From positions 73,470,001-73,534,000 of the forward strand of contig OZ024743.1 of NCBI GenBank assembly GCA_964016885.1: DNA of 64,000 bases. The letters are read 5' to 3'. Position numbers and translations under genes: made by a program. The notes under the pieces are model-generated. The model ran no database searches and was not told the DNA's origin. It saw only the letters and a program-made list of their open reading frames with translations. This document shows positions 1 through 11,664 of this stretch, one piece after another (the stretch's first letter is position 1; each line of letters opens with the position of its first letter). This DNA is from Eledone cirrhosa (Eukaryota).

Positions 1-600
1 AGTTTGTTTTAAAAATGGGTTACCTGTATGTTGTTAATTTTTGAAGTCCATTTCGTAGTTGTTGAACCAGGTAGCGTTTTTTTTCCATCACTGGAGGGAT
101 GTTAGTTCTTCATCCTCACAGTTTTCTTTCCAAAGTGTTAAGGTTTTTTCGTAGAGTAGGCCTTCAGAGTGCTTTGAGATTTATGTGTCCATCTGTTGGT
201 CGAGTGACTTGAATTTTTCTTCGTTGGAGTTGGCTCTTAATTGCAACAGTTCTATTTCTATTTTTAATTTTTCTAACGCCGTCTTTTCCTTAAGTCTTTG
301 TTGGTTTTCTGGTTCATTCGGGATGGGTTTTATTTGGAGTTTTGGGGGGAGGATGATTGGGGTAGAGTTTAGCCACTTTTCATATATGTCTGCCGTGCCA
401 TTATTTTTTAGGAGATTCCAAAGGGCGAATTTGCGGGCTGTGAGCTTTTGAGTCCATATGATGATTAGGGTGTTTTTCACTGAGTGGACATCTCGTAGAT
501 GGCGCTAAATTTATTATAATTATTGACCAACCAATCAAATTACTTCTCGAAAAACCTGGCATTTCGAGCCACTTTTTAAGTAACATTCAGAGACCAACCA
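1..600 (-). pseudogene. Degenerate ORF with in-frame stops, probably the N-terminal region of a retroelement protein; runs off the window start
   Basis: ORF 181-480(-) reads as charged, helical protein (KNTLIIIWTQKL...KLKIEIELLQLRA) and continues past stops toward position 1. No diagnostic motif seen. Confidence 0.3.
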
Positions 601-972
601 GATGTGAGAAAAACCACAGACCCTCCATCTCAACTCTACTTTTGAAAAGCAGAAGAACTGCGAAACCGGTAAAGGAACCAAATAAATATATATATTTTTT
701 TTTAAATAAGACTCCAGTTCCATTTTCGATTTCATCTTTTTTTTCTTTATACGTTCACTCGTGTAGAATACCTCGGTAATTTTTCATTTTGTAAAAAAAA
801 CCTCACTTTCTAATATATATAAAAGAAATAGGATTTCGCTTCAAGCATAGCTTTATACAATATGTATAAATATTTCGTATCTCCAAAGAAATACAGTTTT
901 AGGAAGCCGTAGCTATGCAAACACCGGAGGGCTAACGCCCTCTGGTGATGTCCAGCAGAAGCAAGGGAGACA

Positions 973-1016
973 ACCGTCTATGCATTTCAGGCTTAACTGG
1001 CCTTCGTCAGGACGGT
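973..1016 (-). ncRNA. Minimal type I hammerhead ribozyme
   Basis: Minus strand: accgtc-CTGACGA-aggc(cagttaa)gcct-GAAA-tgca-TA-gacggt. Stems I and II pair perfectly; stem III is the short palindrome ATGCAT. Confidence 0.85.
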
Positions 1017-1370
1017 CCCTCCCACCGCTTGCGACTGCTGGAGTAGAAGACAGCTGAGAATATATAATTTTCTCGTCTGTGTAAATGAGCTAATTAAGCT
1101 CATTTGCATATGAAGCTCCATAAGTTGTCTCAACTTATAATAAAAATGAAATAGGATTTCGCTTCAAGCATAGCTCTATACATGTACGAAATATTTATAC
1201 ATATTGTATAAAGCTATGCTTGAAGCGAAATCCTATTTCTTTTTTATTATAGGTTGAGCCAACTTATGCAGCTTCATATGCAAATGAGATTAATCACCTC
1301 ATTTACACAGACGAGAAAAATATATATTCTCAGCTGTCTTCTAGTCCAGCAGTCGCAAGCGGTGGGAGGG

Positions 1371-1414
1371 ACCGTCCTGACGAAGACCAGTTAAACCTGA
1401 AATGCATAGACGGT
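1371..1414 (+). ncRNA. Hammerhead ribozyme copy with disrupted stem II
   Basis: accgtc-CTGACGA-agac(cagttaa)acct-GAAA-tgca-TA-gacggt; two G>A changes break stem II relative to the 973-1016 copy. Confidence 0.6.
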
Positions 1415-1604
1415 TGTCCCCCTTGCTTCTGCTGGACATCACCAGAGGGCGTTAGCCCCCCCCCCCCCCGTGTTTGCATAGCTACGGCTTCCTAAAACTG
1501 TATTTCTTTGGAGATACGAATTATTTATACATATATATATATACTTATGTATGCACATGTATTTCTGTTTCCCTTTAATAACACTATTTTCTTTTCTCAA
1601 ACAG

Positions 1605-1841
1605 AATGGTTATATAAGCTCAACCCTCCATTCCTTCGTAGCCATGAACACCAATTTCACTATTCTCAGCTATTTACCATTAAGGGAAGGTCACATTGAT
1701 GATACCTTGAATAACACTAAAATCTATACGCGTGCCGTTGTTACGGATATTGTTGAAATGTTGAAGGAGACTTCTCTGTGCTTCAAACGATATCCTAGCA
1801 CTGAGGAAATGAGGGAGAAAACGAAAAGAAAGCTACAAAAG
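1605..1841 (+). CDS. iGluR exon, probable amino-terminal domain
   Basis: Pyrimidine tract plus acag acceptor, 237 nt open in phase 0 (NGYISSTLHSFVAMNTNFTILSY...KRKLQK), donor aag|gtaact; phase fits the next exon. Sequence similarity itself is weak. Confidence 0.6.
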
Positions 1842-2194
1842 GTAACTTTAATGATTATAAAATGTTATAGTTTGCTTGACGTGTTATATATGATATATTA
1901 TGCAGAATGTTATATAAGGCTAAACAATGCAAAATGGACTATAAGATGAAGGTAACAAAAGAGTAAGTTAGCGGGTAATCTTTGTTTGTCTGTTTTTGTT
2001 TGTTTGTTTTCTGTTGTTTTTTTGCTGTCCTTTCTTTCGTCCTAATATTTCGGGACTTAAAATTCCCTTCTTCAGAGTATAAAGAACTTTCAAAGAAAAA
2101 TGTTCCGGTTTCTTCTATTTGGAATTAAATTTAGATTTATATGTATTTGGCCTTAAGTTTAAAGTGTATCTGCATTGTGTGTGTGTGTGTGTGT

Positions 2195-2406
2195 GTGTGA
2201 CAGCTCACACCTATGCAGGTTTAGCTGGCCTCCTCCAAGGTATATCTCGTTGGAGGTGTATTGGGAAATTTAATGATAGTAAACTGGAGCAACGTGAAAT
2301 AAAGTGTCTCGCTGAAGGAAACAACCCATCACCCGGTCCGAGAATTGAACTCACAACCTTTCGAAAGCATGCCCAATGCTCTAACCACTGAGCCATGCGC
2401 CTTCAC
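2195..2406 (-). mobile_element. tRNA-derived SINE, family B (other copies 6051-6274 -, 13525-13870 +, 20770-20935 -, 28890-29020 -)
   Basis: tRNA-like head with A box (tggctcagtggttagagc) and B box (gagttcaattc), then a conserved body (gacactttatttcacgttgctccagtttac) shared among copies. Confidence 0.85.
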
Positions 2407-2639
2407 TATTTGCATTGGGTCGGAGGTTGTTACTTTCTATGTTTCTGTCTGTAAATATAGGAATGTGTCACATTCTCGACGGTTCCAATCTGCCAATATC
2501 TATATACTGTTCGGCGTCGATGATTCGGGCAAATGTTAAGTAAGCTCTAATAGTAGTAGTCGTGTGTATATGTGGCGTGGTAAATAAACACACATATACA
2601 TCAGGTCCGAATACAATGGAACCAAACTCCCACTCTCAA

Positions 2640-2885
2640 TTCCTACGTCCCTCTAGCTCTCCCCATCTCTCACTGTCATAAGCAAATGGGGCCCACGCGC
2701 TGGCCGTCTCGCGGCCCCGGCGGACAGAATAGAGAATACGTTTCCTCGGAGGATGGTGAGATGACTCGCTGGAACAGCTATTCCAGCTGGCGAGGCTGAC
2801 GCCTGCGAGAAGCCAACTCGATGCCGATAGTGGTGAGTAGGGATGTGATCCTAGGACCAAGGACACATGAAGTCTCCACTGCTAG
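2640..2885 (-). mobile_element. 3' fragment of a CRE-like non-LTR retrotransposon (other copies about 25930-26110 -, 55585-55875 +, 59480-59765 +)
   Basis: Translates to AVETSCVLG...SLLTTIG.ELA...PRQLE, matching the C-terminus after the restriction-like endonuclease; four similar copies in the window. Confidence 0.65.
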
Positions 2886-3320
2886 TAAGTACTTTTCTTC
2901 ATAAAAGTAATTCGCTTCATTATCAGATGACCTAGGGTGTGGTCCTACTGAGAGAAACGGTATGGAAGTTTCTGGCATACCGTCATTTCTCTGCTCAAAG
3001 AGGGGATACCTGTGAGTGTGCATAAATAGATGTGAACTAAATGAGAGCCCATAATTTGAAATATACATGTAATTAGAATGTGCGGCCATCTTTGGAATAT
3101 ATATATGGGTATGTGCATATATATATAATAGAAAAAAACGAGCAAGTTTACATATGAAAAATATTTATTGCGTGTATATATATATAAAGATATATCTGCG
3201 TATATACACGGTGGTTAACCGGGATTGCACCTGTGTATATAGATATACACATTTTAATATGTAGGCATATAAACATAGCAGAACATACGAATCCCCACGT
3301 AAATTGAAAAAAATGATAAA

Positions 3321-3369
3321 CATCTTTAATGGATTTTTGGACCTAGTTGGGTCTTCGTCAGAAAAGGTG
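3321..3369 (-). ncRNA. Degenerate hammerhead ribozyme remnant
   Basis: Minus strand: cacctttt-CTGACGA-agacc(caacta)ggtcc-aaaaa-tcca-tt-aaagatg; GAAA is mutated; lies beside a TA-rich tract. Confidence 0.4.
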
Positions 3370-3962
3370 TATATCATCTAAACTATCACAAGGAAACACA
3401 TATTTGATGGGTTATATCCATATTTGATGGGTTAATATATCCATTCACTCTTTGTTGTTTTCTGAAATTGACGTACAAATTTGCATATAAATAGCGCTCA
3501 TATTGGTAGTTAATATACAGGCATAATTGTATCGTACACTTTGGCTGCTAAGCGCATCTCTCATGATAGCAGTTATTTTGATTTATGAAAGAGCAGTTTA
3601 GTGAGATTCAATTGTTCCGTTTTCAAACTTCCAAGCCTTGTCTAATACAATGTAACGTTGTGTTTGCTTGCTAGGTTGTTGTTTTTTTTTGGGGGGGGGG
3701 GGGGGGGGTAATTGAACATCTGACAAAATCTCTATCGAAACCGACGAAGGATCCATTTGAAGAGGTAAAGTCTATGAAAGACGTCATTTCGCTTCACTTT
3801 TTAATGCTGATTTTATCAAATAAAATATATCTGTTGGGTTGGTGAACGCTGTCAAGTATCAAAATTGTTAATTGTAACAAAGTTCTCCTTCCGTTCATGC
3901 AAGTAATCATATATTTTTAATGGCCTTAGACTGTCACAAATTTGTCAGCCACCATTAATAAT

Positions 3963-4478
3963 GGTTTCTGATTTAGACACAAGGCCAACAATTTGGAGGG
4001 TTTGAAAGTGAATTAAATCTATTCCAGTGAATTACTGGTACTTTATTTATCAACTCCGTTAAGGATGAAATGCAAGCTAACCTTGGCGGGATTTGAAATC
4101 AGATCGTAAAGAGCTGTAAATCTATGCATCGTAGCATTGTGTGTGGTGCTCTAACGATACTGCCAATCCATCGCCCTTCGGCCACCATTAAATGATATCG
4201 GTCTTATAGTCAATTGAAGATAACCAATGTACAAAATTGAGATTCAGAAAAACGAATAAAGGTGTCAGTAGAAATTTACTACAGTTTATGTATCATTGGA
4301 TTGGCAGTATCGGTAGAGGGTTGGACGCCATGCTTTCTAGCATAGTTACGTCCCTTTACGGTCTGAGTTCAAATCCCGTCGAGGTTAACTTTGCCTTTCA
4401 TCCTTACGAGCTCAATAAAATAAAGTACCAGTATTGTACTGGGTAATTGCTGGCCTTGTGCCAAAAGTAACAATTATT
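3963..4478. mobile_element. Two divergent copies of tRNA-derived SINE family A (other copies about 11680-11833, 21803-22140, 25595-25775, 28270-28468, 37370-37645, 38330-38500, 56065-56175, 58437-58626, 60465-60618)
   Basis: Head ttggcagtatcggtagag, B box gagttcaaatccc, body ttaactttgcctttcatccttacggggtcgataaaataaagtaccag, tail gccttgtgccaaaagtagaaacaatt; more than 10 copies. Confidence 0.85.
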
Positions 4479-4989
4479 TCTTCAATTAATTTTAATCATC
4501 AGTGTTTGTGAGTGTGTGGGGGGATGTGTGTTGGTGTCTGTGTGTATGAGGGAGAAGGAGAGTGTATGTATGTGTATGTGTGTATGTGTATGTGTGCGTG
4601 TTTGTTAGTGTGTGTTTGTAGTTGTAGGTATGTGTAACATCCTCCCATATAGACATAACACACCTATCAGATTGTATTACCATATTTTTTAATTAAATGG
4701 AGGATGTTTTTGTGTATGTGAGTGGTTGTTTTTGATTTTCCATACTAAAATATTACATTATCTCTAGATTTCTGTTTAACCATTTACTAACGTAAATGTT
4801 ATGGTTATTATTTAAACATTTGATAACCTTGTGTGACCAAAGTTATAGCCACAGACAATAATCAATGTTTAGTTCTTAACAAACAGTCCATAAAACAAAC
4901 TCATCTGAAAAGTCCATTAGACTAAATATATGTAAGTTGTACGATCTGTGTTTCGCGTTGTATGTATGTTTTTCGTATATACACCATGT

Positions 4990-5475
4990 AATTTGTACAT
5001 GAGTGTGTTGTCTGGACTTGTATTTCGTGGATGTGTTTCATATGAGTGCCGTGTGTAAATAATTTCTACATCAGTGTTGTGTGGACTTGTATTTCGTGGA
5101 GTTTCATATGAGTGCCGTGTGTAAATAATTTCTACATCAGTGTTGTGTGGACTTGTATTTCGTGGATGTGTTTCATATGAGTGCCGTGTGTAAATAATTT
5201 CTACATCAGTGTTGTGTGGACTTGTATTTCGTGGTGTTTCATATGAGTGCCGTGTGTAAATAATTTCTACATCAGTGTTGTGTGGACTTGTATTTCGTGG
5301 CTGTGTTTCATATAAGTGCCGTGTGTAAATAATTTCTACATCAGTGTTGTGTGGACTTTTATTTCGTGGCTGTGTTTCGTATCGGTTTAAAAGGTATGCC
5401 GTGTGTGTCTATGATTTGTACATGTGTGTGTTTTGTGGGCTTGTATTTCCTGGCTGTTTCGTATCTGTTTGAAAG
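4990..5475 (+). repeat. Minisatellite, 66-69 bp unit, about 6-7 copies
   Basis: catcagtgttgtgtggacttgtatttcgtgg... recurs at 5069, 5135, 5204, 5270 and 5339, with degenerate flanking copies. Confidence 0.9.
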
Positions 5476-5598
5476 GTAAACCTGGGAGTTATTTCGGTAA
5501 ACAAGACTTCTCTTTAATCGTTTATTTGACTTTATTTCCTGTTATTTTAAAAATATCTTGTTGTTTATTTGTTTTTGTTTTGTTTTGTTTCTCTCTAG

Positions 5599-5703
5599 GT
5601 AAAGATAAATGGAGAGACGGGATATTTTCATTTAAACCAGAAGGGGAAAAGAAAAAGTATCAATTTATACTTTACAGCAGTTTTTGGAGAAATGACACAA
5701 AAG
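5599..5703 (+). CDS. iGluR exon, end of ATD
   Basis: ctctctag acceptor; VKINGETGYFHLNQKGKRKSINLYFTAVFGEMTQK matches the G-x-T-G...G-x-R ATD motif. The donor reads aag|ttaagta rather than gtaagta. Confidence 0.7.
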
Positions 5704-5815
5704 TTAAGTATCTCATTTTCTTATACGTTTTTTTTTTTTATTAGGGATAGCAGCCATTTCCTTTCAGACAGCATAACGTTCAATACATTACATATGAGTA
5801 ATATGATAACACCTA

Positions 5816-6627
5816 CTCTCGGGTACCAAATAATAAGGGGGCGGCTGAAATAATCGATGGGGTTGGAAAATCGATAATTTTTCTGTTGTCCCCCATGATT
5901 GTTTTAACCAGGATTAATCGTTTAGTTTACACATTGAGACCCCAACCCATCCTAAAATAGATGACATGTACTCTCGTGTCCCAAACAAAAGGGGGTGGAA
6001 TAAGCGAGTTGGGTTGTAAAATCGATACGTTTTCTAGTTTGTCTCCATTGTGAGACAGTTCACACCTATGCAGGTTTAGCTGGCTTCCTCCAAGGTATAT
6101 CTCGTTGGAGATGTTTTGGGTAATTTAATGATTTAATGTTTTGAGTAAACTGGAGCAACGTGAAATAAAGTGTCTTGCTCAAGGAAACAACACATCACCC
6201 GGTCCGAGAATTGAACTCACAACCTTTCGATTGCAAGTCCAAAGCTCTAACCACTAAGCCATGCGCCTTCACACGTCTCCATTGATCCATAGAAACCAGA
6301 CTTAGTCGTTTACTTTACATACTGAAACACCAACCTATTCTATTTATATTATAACGAGTGGGATTTCTTGTATTGTTCTTTGTTTTTCATGTATATTTTT
6401 TAATGTATAAAGAAAATTAGTTGTCGCAGAAATGCTACCACTTAAAATAATATTTCGCAGGAGATAGATTAGCAAAATTTAGTAACCGGGGTGGGGGTTA
6501 TGGAATAAGTCCTTGTCAGTATGCTCATAATGACACACTTATATTTATATTAAGAGCGGTGGAGTTTGAAAAAATCTGAACAATTAATAAGCGGGGGAGC
6601 GGGAGCATAATTATTCTGACCCGAGAG
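5816..6627. mobile_element. Non-autonomous TIR DNA transposon with a nested SINE (relatives about 21085-21553, 26770-27220, 59050-59382)
   Basis: Termini TA|ctctcgggt ... acccgagag|TA. Internal SINE 6051-6274 is flanked by a 10-bp duplication gtctccattg (6041-6050, 6275-6284). Confidence 0.7.
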
Positions 6628-7317
6628 TAAACTGACAATCAAGGCGACATGTGTTGAATATTTATCTTTCTAGTAACATGTATTTCTCCAGTAAGATCAG
6701 TCTAAAGTATCTTAACGATTTTACTGAGTCCGTGAGCATTCCTCATTTTTACTGATTTAACAATTCAAATTTGTCTTAAATATTAGGCTATCTCTACATA
6801 ACATCCTAATCTCATGATGGCAAACGTTTTAGCCTGATGCGTAGAAATTATTATTTATTTATTAATTCTTAAATATCATATATGTTCCAACATATGTGGC
6901 AAGTATGTATGTACATATATATGTGTAAACATGTATGTCACTATAGAAGTGGTATGTCTATAACTTTTATGACGTGTCTGACACATAAATAACATCAAAG
7001 ATTATTTATTGCTGACCTAACTATTTCTCTCGGTTCAATATTTTCAACGTTGGTATAGCTGATCAGTTCACTATAGTATATTTTGTAATGATATCAGACC
7101 TGTTAACTCAGCCCGTCTGAAGAGAAGATCACCCACCCAGTTTGGGGTAGGTGAGAGAAGTTTTCTCTTGAGAAAATTGGTATAGCTTTCATTATCTAAA
7201 ATCTCCCTATTTTGCCTCATTTCTCCCCGTTTTGGGGCACATTTTTCAGGTTGGCAGGTCTGTGCTATGTCTCTCCAAACTGTTGCCTCATCATTTTCTT
7301 GTTGAATACATTTTCAG

Positions 7318-7437
7318 ATCGCCATTTGGAATTCTACTACTTACAAAGAGTTCCATGTATTTCAACGTAAAATCCATCCAAATATCACTTACATGTTTCC
7401 TTTAAAAGGGCGCAGAGTGAAAGTGGTCTCTATCTTG
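7318..7437 (+). CDS. iGluR exon, ATD-S1 linker
   Basis: ttttcag|IAIWNSTTYKEFHVFQRKIHPNITYMFPLKGRRVKVVSIL|gtaagt; 120 nt; joins in phase 0 to EKPF. Confidence 0.85.
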
Positions 7438-7539
7438 GTAAGTTCTTTGTTCTTATAGTTATATACTATAGTTTACTCTTTTACCTGTTCCAGCCATCCG
7501 ACTGAGGCTATGCTGGGGCACCGCCCTTGTTCCTACACA

Positions 7540-7725
7540 TTTTATCTCCAGCCTGTACTGGTTGGCCACTGGTGCAAGAGGAAGTTCATTACTGCTGCCC
7601 TTAGGTTTCCCTCGTGCCGTGGTGTGGGCTCACCCGGGATGCTAAATAGCAGGGTGTCGAGATGTTTCTTGAAAACATCCACGTCCACACCATGCAGATC
7701 TCTCAAATCCCTCGGCAATTTCGGT
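7540..7725 (-). mobile_element. 3' end of a CR1-like LINE
   Basis: LPRDLRDLHGVDVDVFKKHLDTLLFSIPGEP resembles the CR1-group ORF2 C-terminus (LP...FK..LD..L). Confidence 0.55.
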
Positions 7726-7944
7726 TTATCTAATTTAATAGGACACTCCTTCAAAATGCGAGGACATTTATATTACCAGCAATATCTTGGATCGATTTAA
7801 TAAAGTTCTTTCTCTACGTCTTACGCTGCATGGGTCACCTGAGTGGGTTTTATTGTAGGATTGAGATTTGCGTTTATCTAAGTACGTGGATGGCACTGGA
7901 TTTGTTGAGGCACACACACACACAGACCTACTTTTAATGTTTTT

Positions 7945-8041
<97 letters not shown>

Positions 8042-8258
8042 TCAATCGGGAGTAACCACAGTAAGTATGGTACTCAATACATATCAGAGTATAAATATTT
8101 AATATAGAAATGGCTTCTACTGGACTAGAACTATTTCATTCGTAGGAAATCATATATATATATATATATATATATAAAAGAATGTGGTTGATATCGGATG
8201 ACACTGTGATAAACAGGCGAGTAACAAGTTTCAGTATTTAGCCTTAATAAACTGAATA

Positions 8259-9034
8259 TCTATATATATATATAAAACTGAGGATGTCTGTGTGTGTGTG
8301 AGTTTGAATCCCTAAAACTCGAGAAGCACCCAACCGACTGTTTTGAAACTTTACACATGTAATACTTATATTTCAGGGAGTGTTCTGAGCAAAATAAATT
8401 TCAAATGTTCAATGCCCTGGGGACCGCATTGGGCGATTTAGCGATCTCTCTCTATAATTCTTAGTCTTTCTCTTTTTAGATAGATACACACATATAACGT
8501 TGCGCCCTTATAATATCTGTCTGCATGTCTGGCTGTCTGCATTACGTCACTTCCCTGAGGATGTCTGTCTGTGTGTGTGTGTTTGTGAGTTTGAATCCCT
8601 AAAACTCGAGAAATACCCAACCGACTTTTTTCAAACTTTACATGTGTATTACTTATGTCTCAGGGAGTTATGCACATAAAAAATTCAACTTTTTGATCAC
8701 CTAGGGCCTGCATTAGGTGAAAAACTTCATTTTTTCAGCATTTTAGGGCTTTTTTGAGGCGTTACGTCTAGCCGATTTTCCCGAATGTTCAAGGCATATT
8801 ATGCACATAAAAAAAATTCATTTTCTTGATCCCCTAGGTGAAAACTTGCATTAGGTGAAAACCTGCATTTTTGCTGCTTCATCGAGGAAAATCTTAAAGA
8901 TTATCCAGCCATCAGAGTATTCGGTTTATTGTCTTTACATATTTTCCAGACATGCAGTTTTTCCACGATTAGGTCTGTTGGCGGCCCGCGTTTCAAAATA
9001 CCTTATCCCGGGCAACGCCGGGTACCACTGCTAG
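8259..9034 (+). mobile_element. Non-autonomous Helitron
   Basis: 5' TC(ta)n aaactgagg; subterminal GC hairpin cccgggcaacgccggg; 3' CTAG; inserted between A and T; related copy at 47503-48103. Confidence 0.75.
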
Positions 9035-9038
9035 TATA

Positions 9039-9141
<103 letters not shown>

Positions 9142-9398
9142 TATATTCATATATATTATCATTAAAACCGCTGTTTACCAGGACGCAATTGTAATAGAAG
9201 GCTGCTCTATCATAAATGTCCCTTTTGAAAGAGAACTGAGATATTCTCTTACTTATTTTAGATATAAAATTTCTGAATACTATGACTGGAGGACATGAGT
9301 TTTTGTTAATATATCTATGTTATTCCTTAGGATTATGGTATGATGCATGGGTATGGAAGTCTAGGCTGAAAGAGATACCTAAGAATATAACATTATTA

Positions 9399-9455
<57 letters not shown>

Positions 9456-9779
9456 AATAACAAAATATCGTTATAGATAATCCAGTTAGAGGTTGTGAAT
9501 ACTTCGTTTTATGGATAGTTTTAGCGTACGGCGTTGTTTGACTCGACAAGGGATTTACGTAGGTGGCGAGTTTATGAGTTCTCTTGTATTCCTATGTAAG
9601 TTTATCTTGGAGTAATAATATTGAAAGAGTGAAGAATAACATGGCCAACAGTACAAAAACGGGGGTTTTATTTACAGTCTAACAATTGTTTCACTGATTA
9701 AGTTGTCTAAAAATTGCTGAACACTTGAAGCAGTGCCACTCAATTTTAAATACGTTTTAGCTTAACCAGATCATATATA

Positions 9780-9840
<61 letters not shown>

Positions 9841-10336
9841 AACATGGGAAGAAAGAGGAATACTGCGTGGTTGCACATGGGTTACGTATTATAAAATTAG
9901 TCCCTCATCAGTGATTTGCCAACCATCATTGGTATTTCATCGCATTAAAAATCATATACCTCAGATTGGTGCGAGCAATAACTAAAATAAGCTATTGGGA
10001 CAAGTGAATCGCGTAAAGCGAGTGAGACAAGTAAACAACATAGAAGGAAAAGCAAACCGAAGGTAGGAAAAAAGCAAGCAACATGATGGTTATCCGATCA
10101 GCATAAGCTGGGTGAATTTCATGAGCGGTCAGAAAAAAGACCGTTCGACGTGAATGAGATGTGAGAAAGAAAGAATCCCACTACTAACGAACGGGAGGAA
10201 GTGAGAAGGGGAGAAACAGAGAGTGAGTGAGTGGAAGTGCGAGGAAGGGGTCAGTCGAGAGAAAGTGTAAGTGACAGAGGGGGCGAAAGAAGGTGAGAGG
10301 AACAGAGAGAACGGAGGGGGAGAAAGAGACAAACAG

Positions 10337-10429
<93 letters not shown>

Positions 10430-10700
10430 GTATGTGTATATATATCACGATAAATTAACGGAGGCATAGGCCGTCGTTATTCCCTGTAAATAATGTGCTC
10501 AAAGGGGAAGAGATACTGAGCCCTTTAGAATATAATATGTTGAGAAGGTAACACACCAGAGAGAGATATATAGTGCGTTATCAATAATACAGGGGAAAAA
10601 CCACCAGTGTATGGAATCTATAACCTATGAAAGGCAGACTATAGACACGATAATTAAAAATATAAATTAAAGCGTAAATAAATACCTCTATAACTATATA

Positions 10701-10779
10701 ACACACGTACAAATCCAGAGATATGTTTCACCAGAAAAGTTGTTGAAAGAAATGGTAGTCTCGGTTCATCAGCGTGTGT
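10701..10779 (-). ncRNA. Type I hammerhead ribozyme
   Basis: Reverse-complement copy of the 11498-11574 fold with intact CTGATGA, GAAA and GTA. Confidence 0.8.
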
Positions 10780-11497
10780 AAGGCCATACATTTCAGACAA
10801 CACTAAGATAATTTTACAATTGACTGTCCAGCTACACGTGGGAGAGAGAAGTCACAGCGTGTTTAAGGGCAGTGAACCAGTGGCCTCTGAGAGACGAACT
10901 GCTAGAAAGGGCAGCCCAAAGCCACTCAGAGAAGAGTGCTCAACCAAACAGAGATAGGAAAGGCTGTTGTTAGGAGCGAAATATCACGATAAATTAACGG
11001 AGGCATAGGCCGTCGTTATTCCCTGTAAATAATGTGCTCAAAGGGGAAGAGATCCTGAGCCTTTTAGAATATAATATGTTGAGAAGGTAACACACCAGAG
11101 AGAGATATATAGTGCGTTATCAATAATACAGGGAAAAAACCACCAGTGTATTATTGATAACGCACTATATATCTCTCTCTGGTGTGTTACCTTCTCAACA
11201 TATTATATTCTAAAGGGCTCAGGATCTCTTCCCCTTTGAGCACATTATTTACAGGGAATAACGACGGCCTATGCCTCCGTTAATTTATCGTGATATTTCG
11301 CTCCTAACAACAGCCTTTCCTATCTCTGTTTGGTTGAGCACTCTTCTCTGAGTGGCTTTGGGCTGCCCTTTCTAGCAGTTCGTCTCTCAGAGGCCACTGG
11401 TTCACTGCCCTTAAACACGCTGTGACTTCTCTCTCCCACGTGTAGCTGGACAGTCAATTGTAAAATTCTCTTAGTGTTGTCTGAAATGTATGGCCTT

Positions 11498-11574
11498 ACA
11501 CACGCTGATGAACCGAGACTACCATTTCTTTCAACAACTTTTCTGGTGAAACATATCTGGATTTGTACGTGTGT
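11498..11574 (+). ncRNA. Type I hammerhead ribozyme
   Basis: acacacg-CTGATGA-accgaga...tctggt-GAAA-catatctggatttg-TA-cgtgtgt: 7-bp stem I, stem II, stem III and a GUA cleavage triplet. Confidence 0.85.
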
Positions 11575-11626
11575 TATACAGTTATAGAGGTATTTATTTA
11601 CGCTTTAATTTATATTTTTAATTATC

Positions 11627-11664
<38 letters not shown>

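Larger units (their letters stand above)
821..1530. mobile_element. Hammerhead-containing retrozyme/Penelope-pLTR-like element: about 323-bp monomer, partial tandem on - strand plus inverted copy, flanked by TA runs
   Basis: ggatttcgcttcaagcatagct occurs at 831 and 1154; about 1205-1530 is the reverse complement of the left part; TA tracts on both sides; another fragment at about 40885-41040. Confidence 0.75.
10442..11630. mobile_element. Hammerhead-containing element: 539-bp monomer (about 1.3 tandem copies, - strand) plus about 480-bp inverted copy, within (TA)n
   Basis: atatcacgataaattaacgg at 10442 and 10981; about 11150-11630 is a near-perfect reverse complement of about 10650-11130. 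Confidence 0.85.

Noticed and set aside
1-820. Treating the 181-480 ORF as the autonomous Penelope partner of the 821-1530 ribozyme element
   Set aside because: Orientation fits, but a TA run separates them and no RT or GIY-YIG motif is visible within the window, so the link is unsupported.
2330-2406. tRNA genes at SINE heads (also about 13525, 28950, 58440)
   Set aside because: A and B boxes are present, but each continues into a shared SINE body and lacks a clean cloverleaf.
3705-3770. Possible small exon ending gag|gtaaag
   Set aside because: No convincing acceptor or iGluR similarity, and the neighbouring exons already join in phase.
4990-5475. CRISPR-like periodicity of 66-69 bp
   Set aside because: The whole unit is repeated with no variable spacers; it is an ordinary minisatellite.
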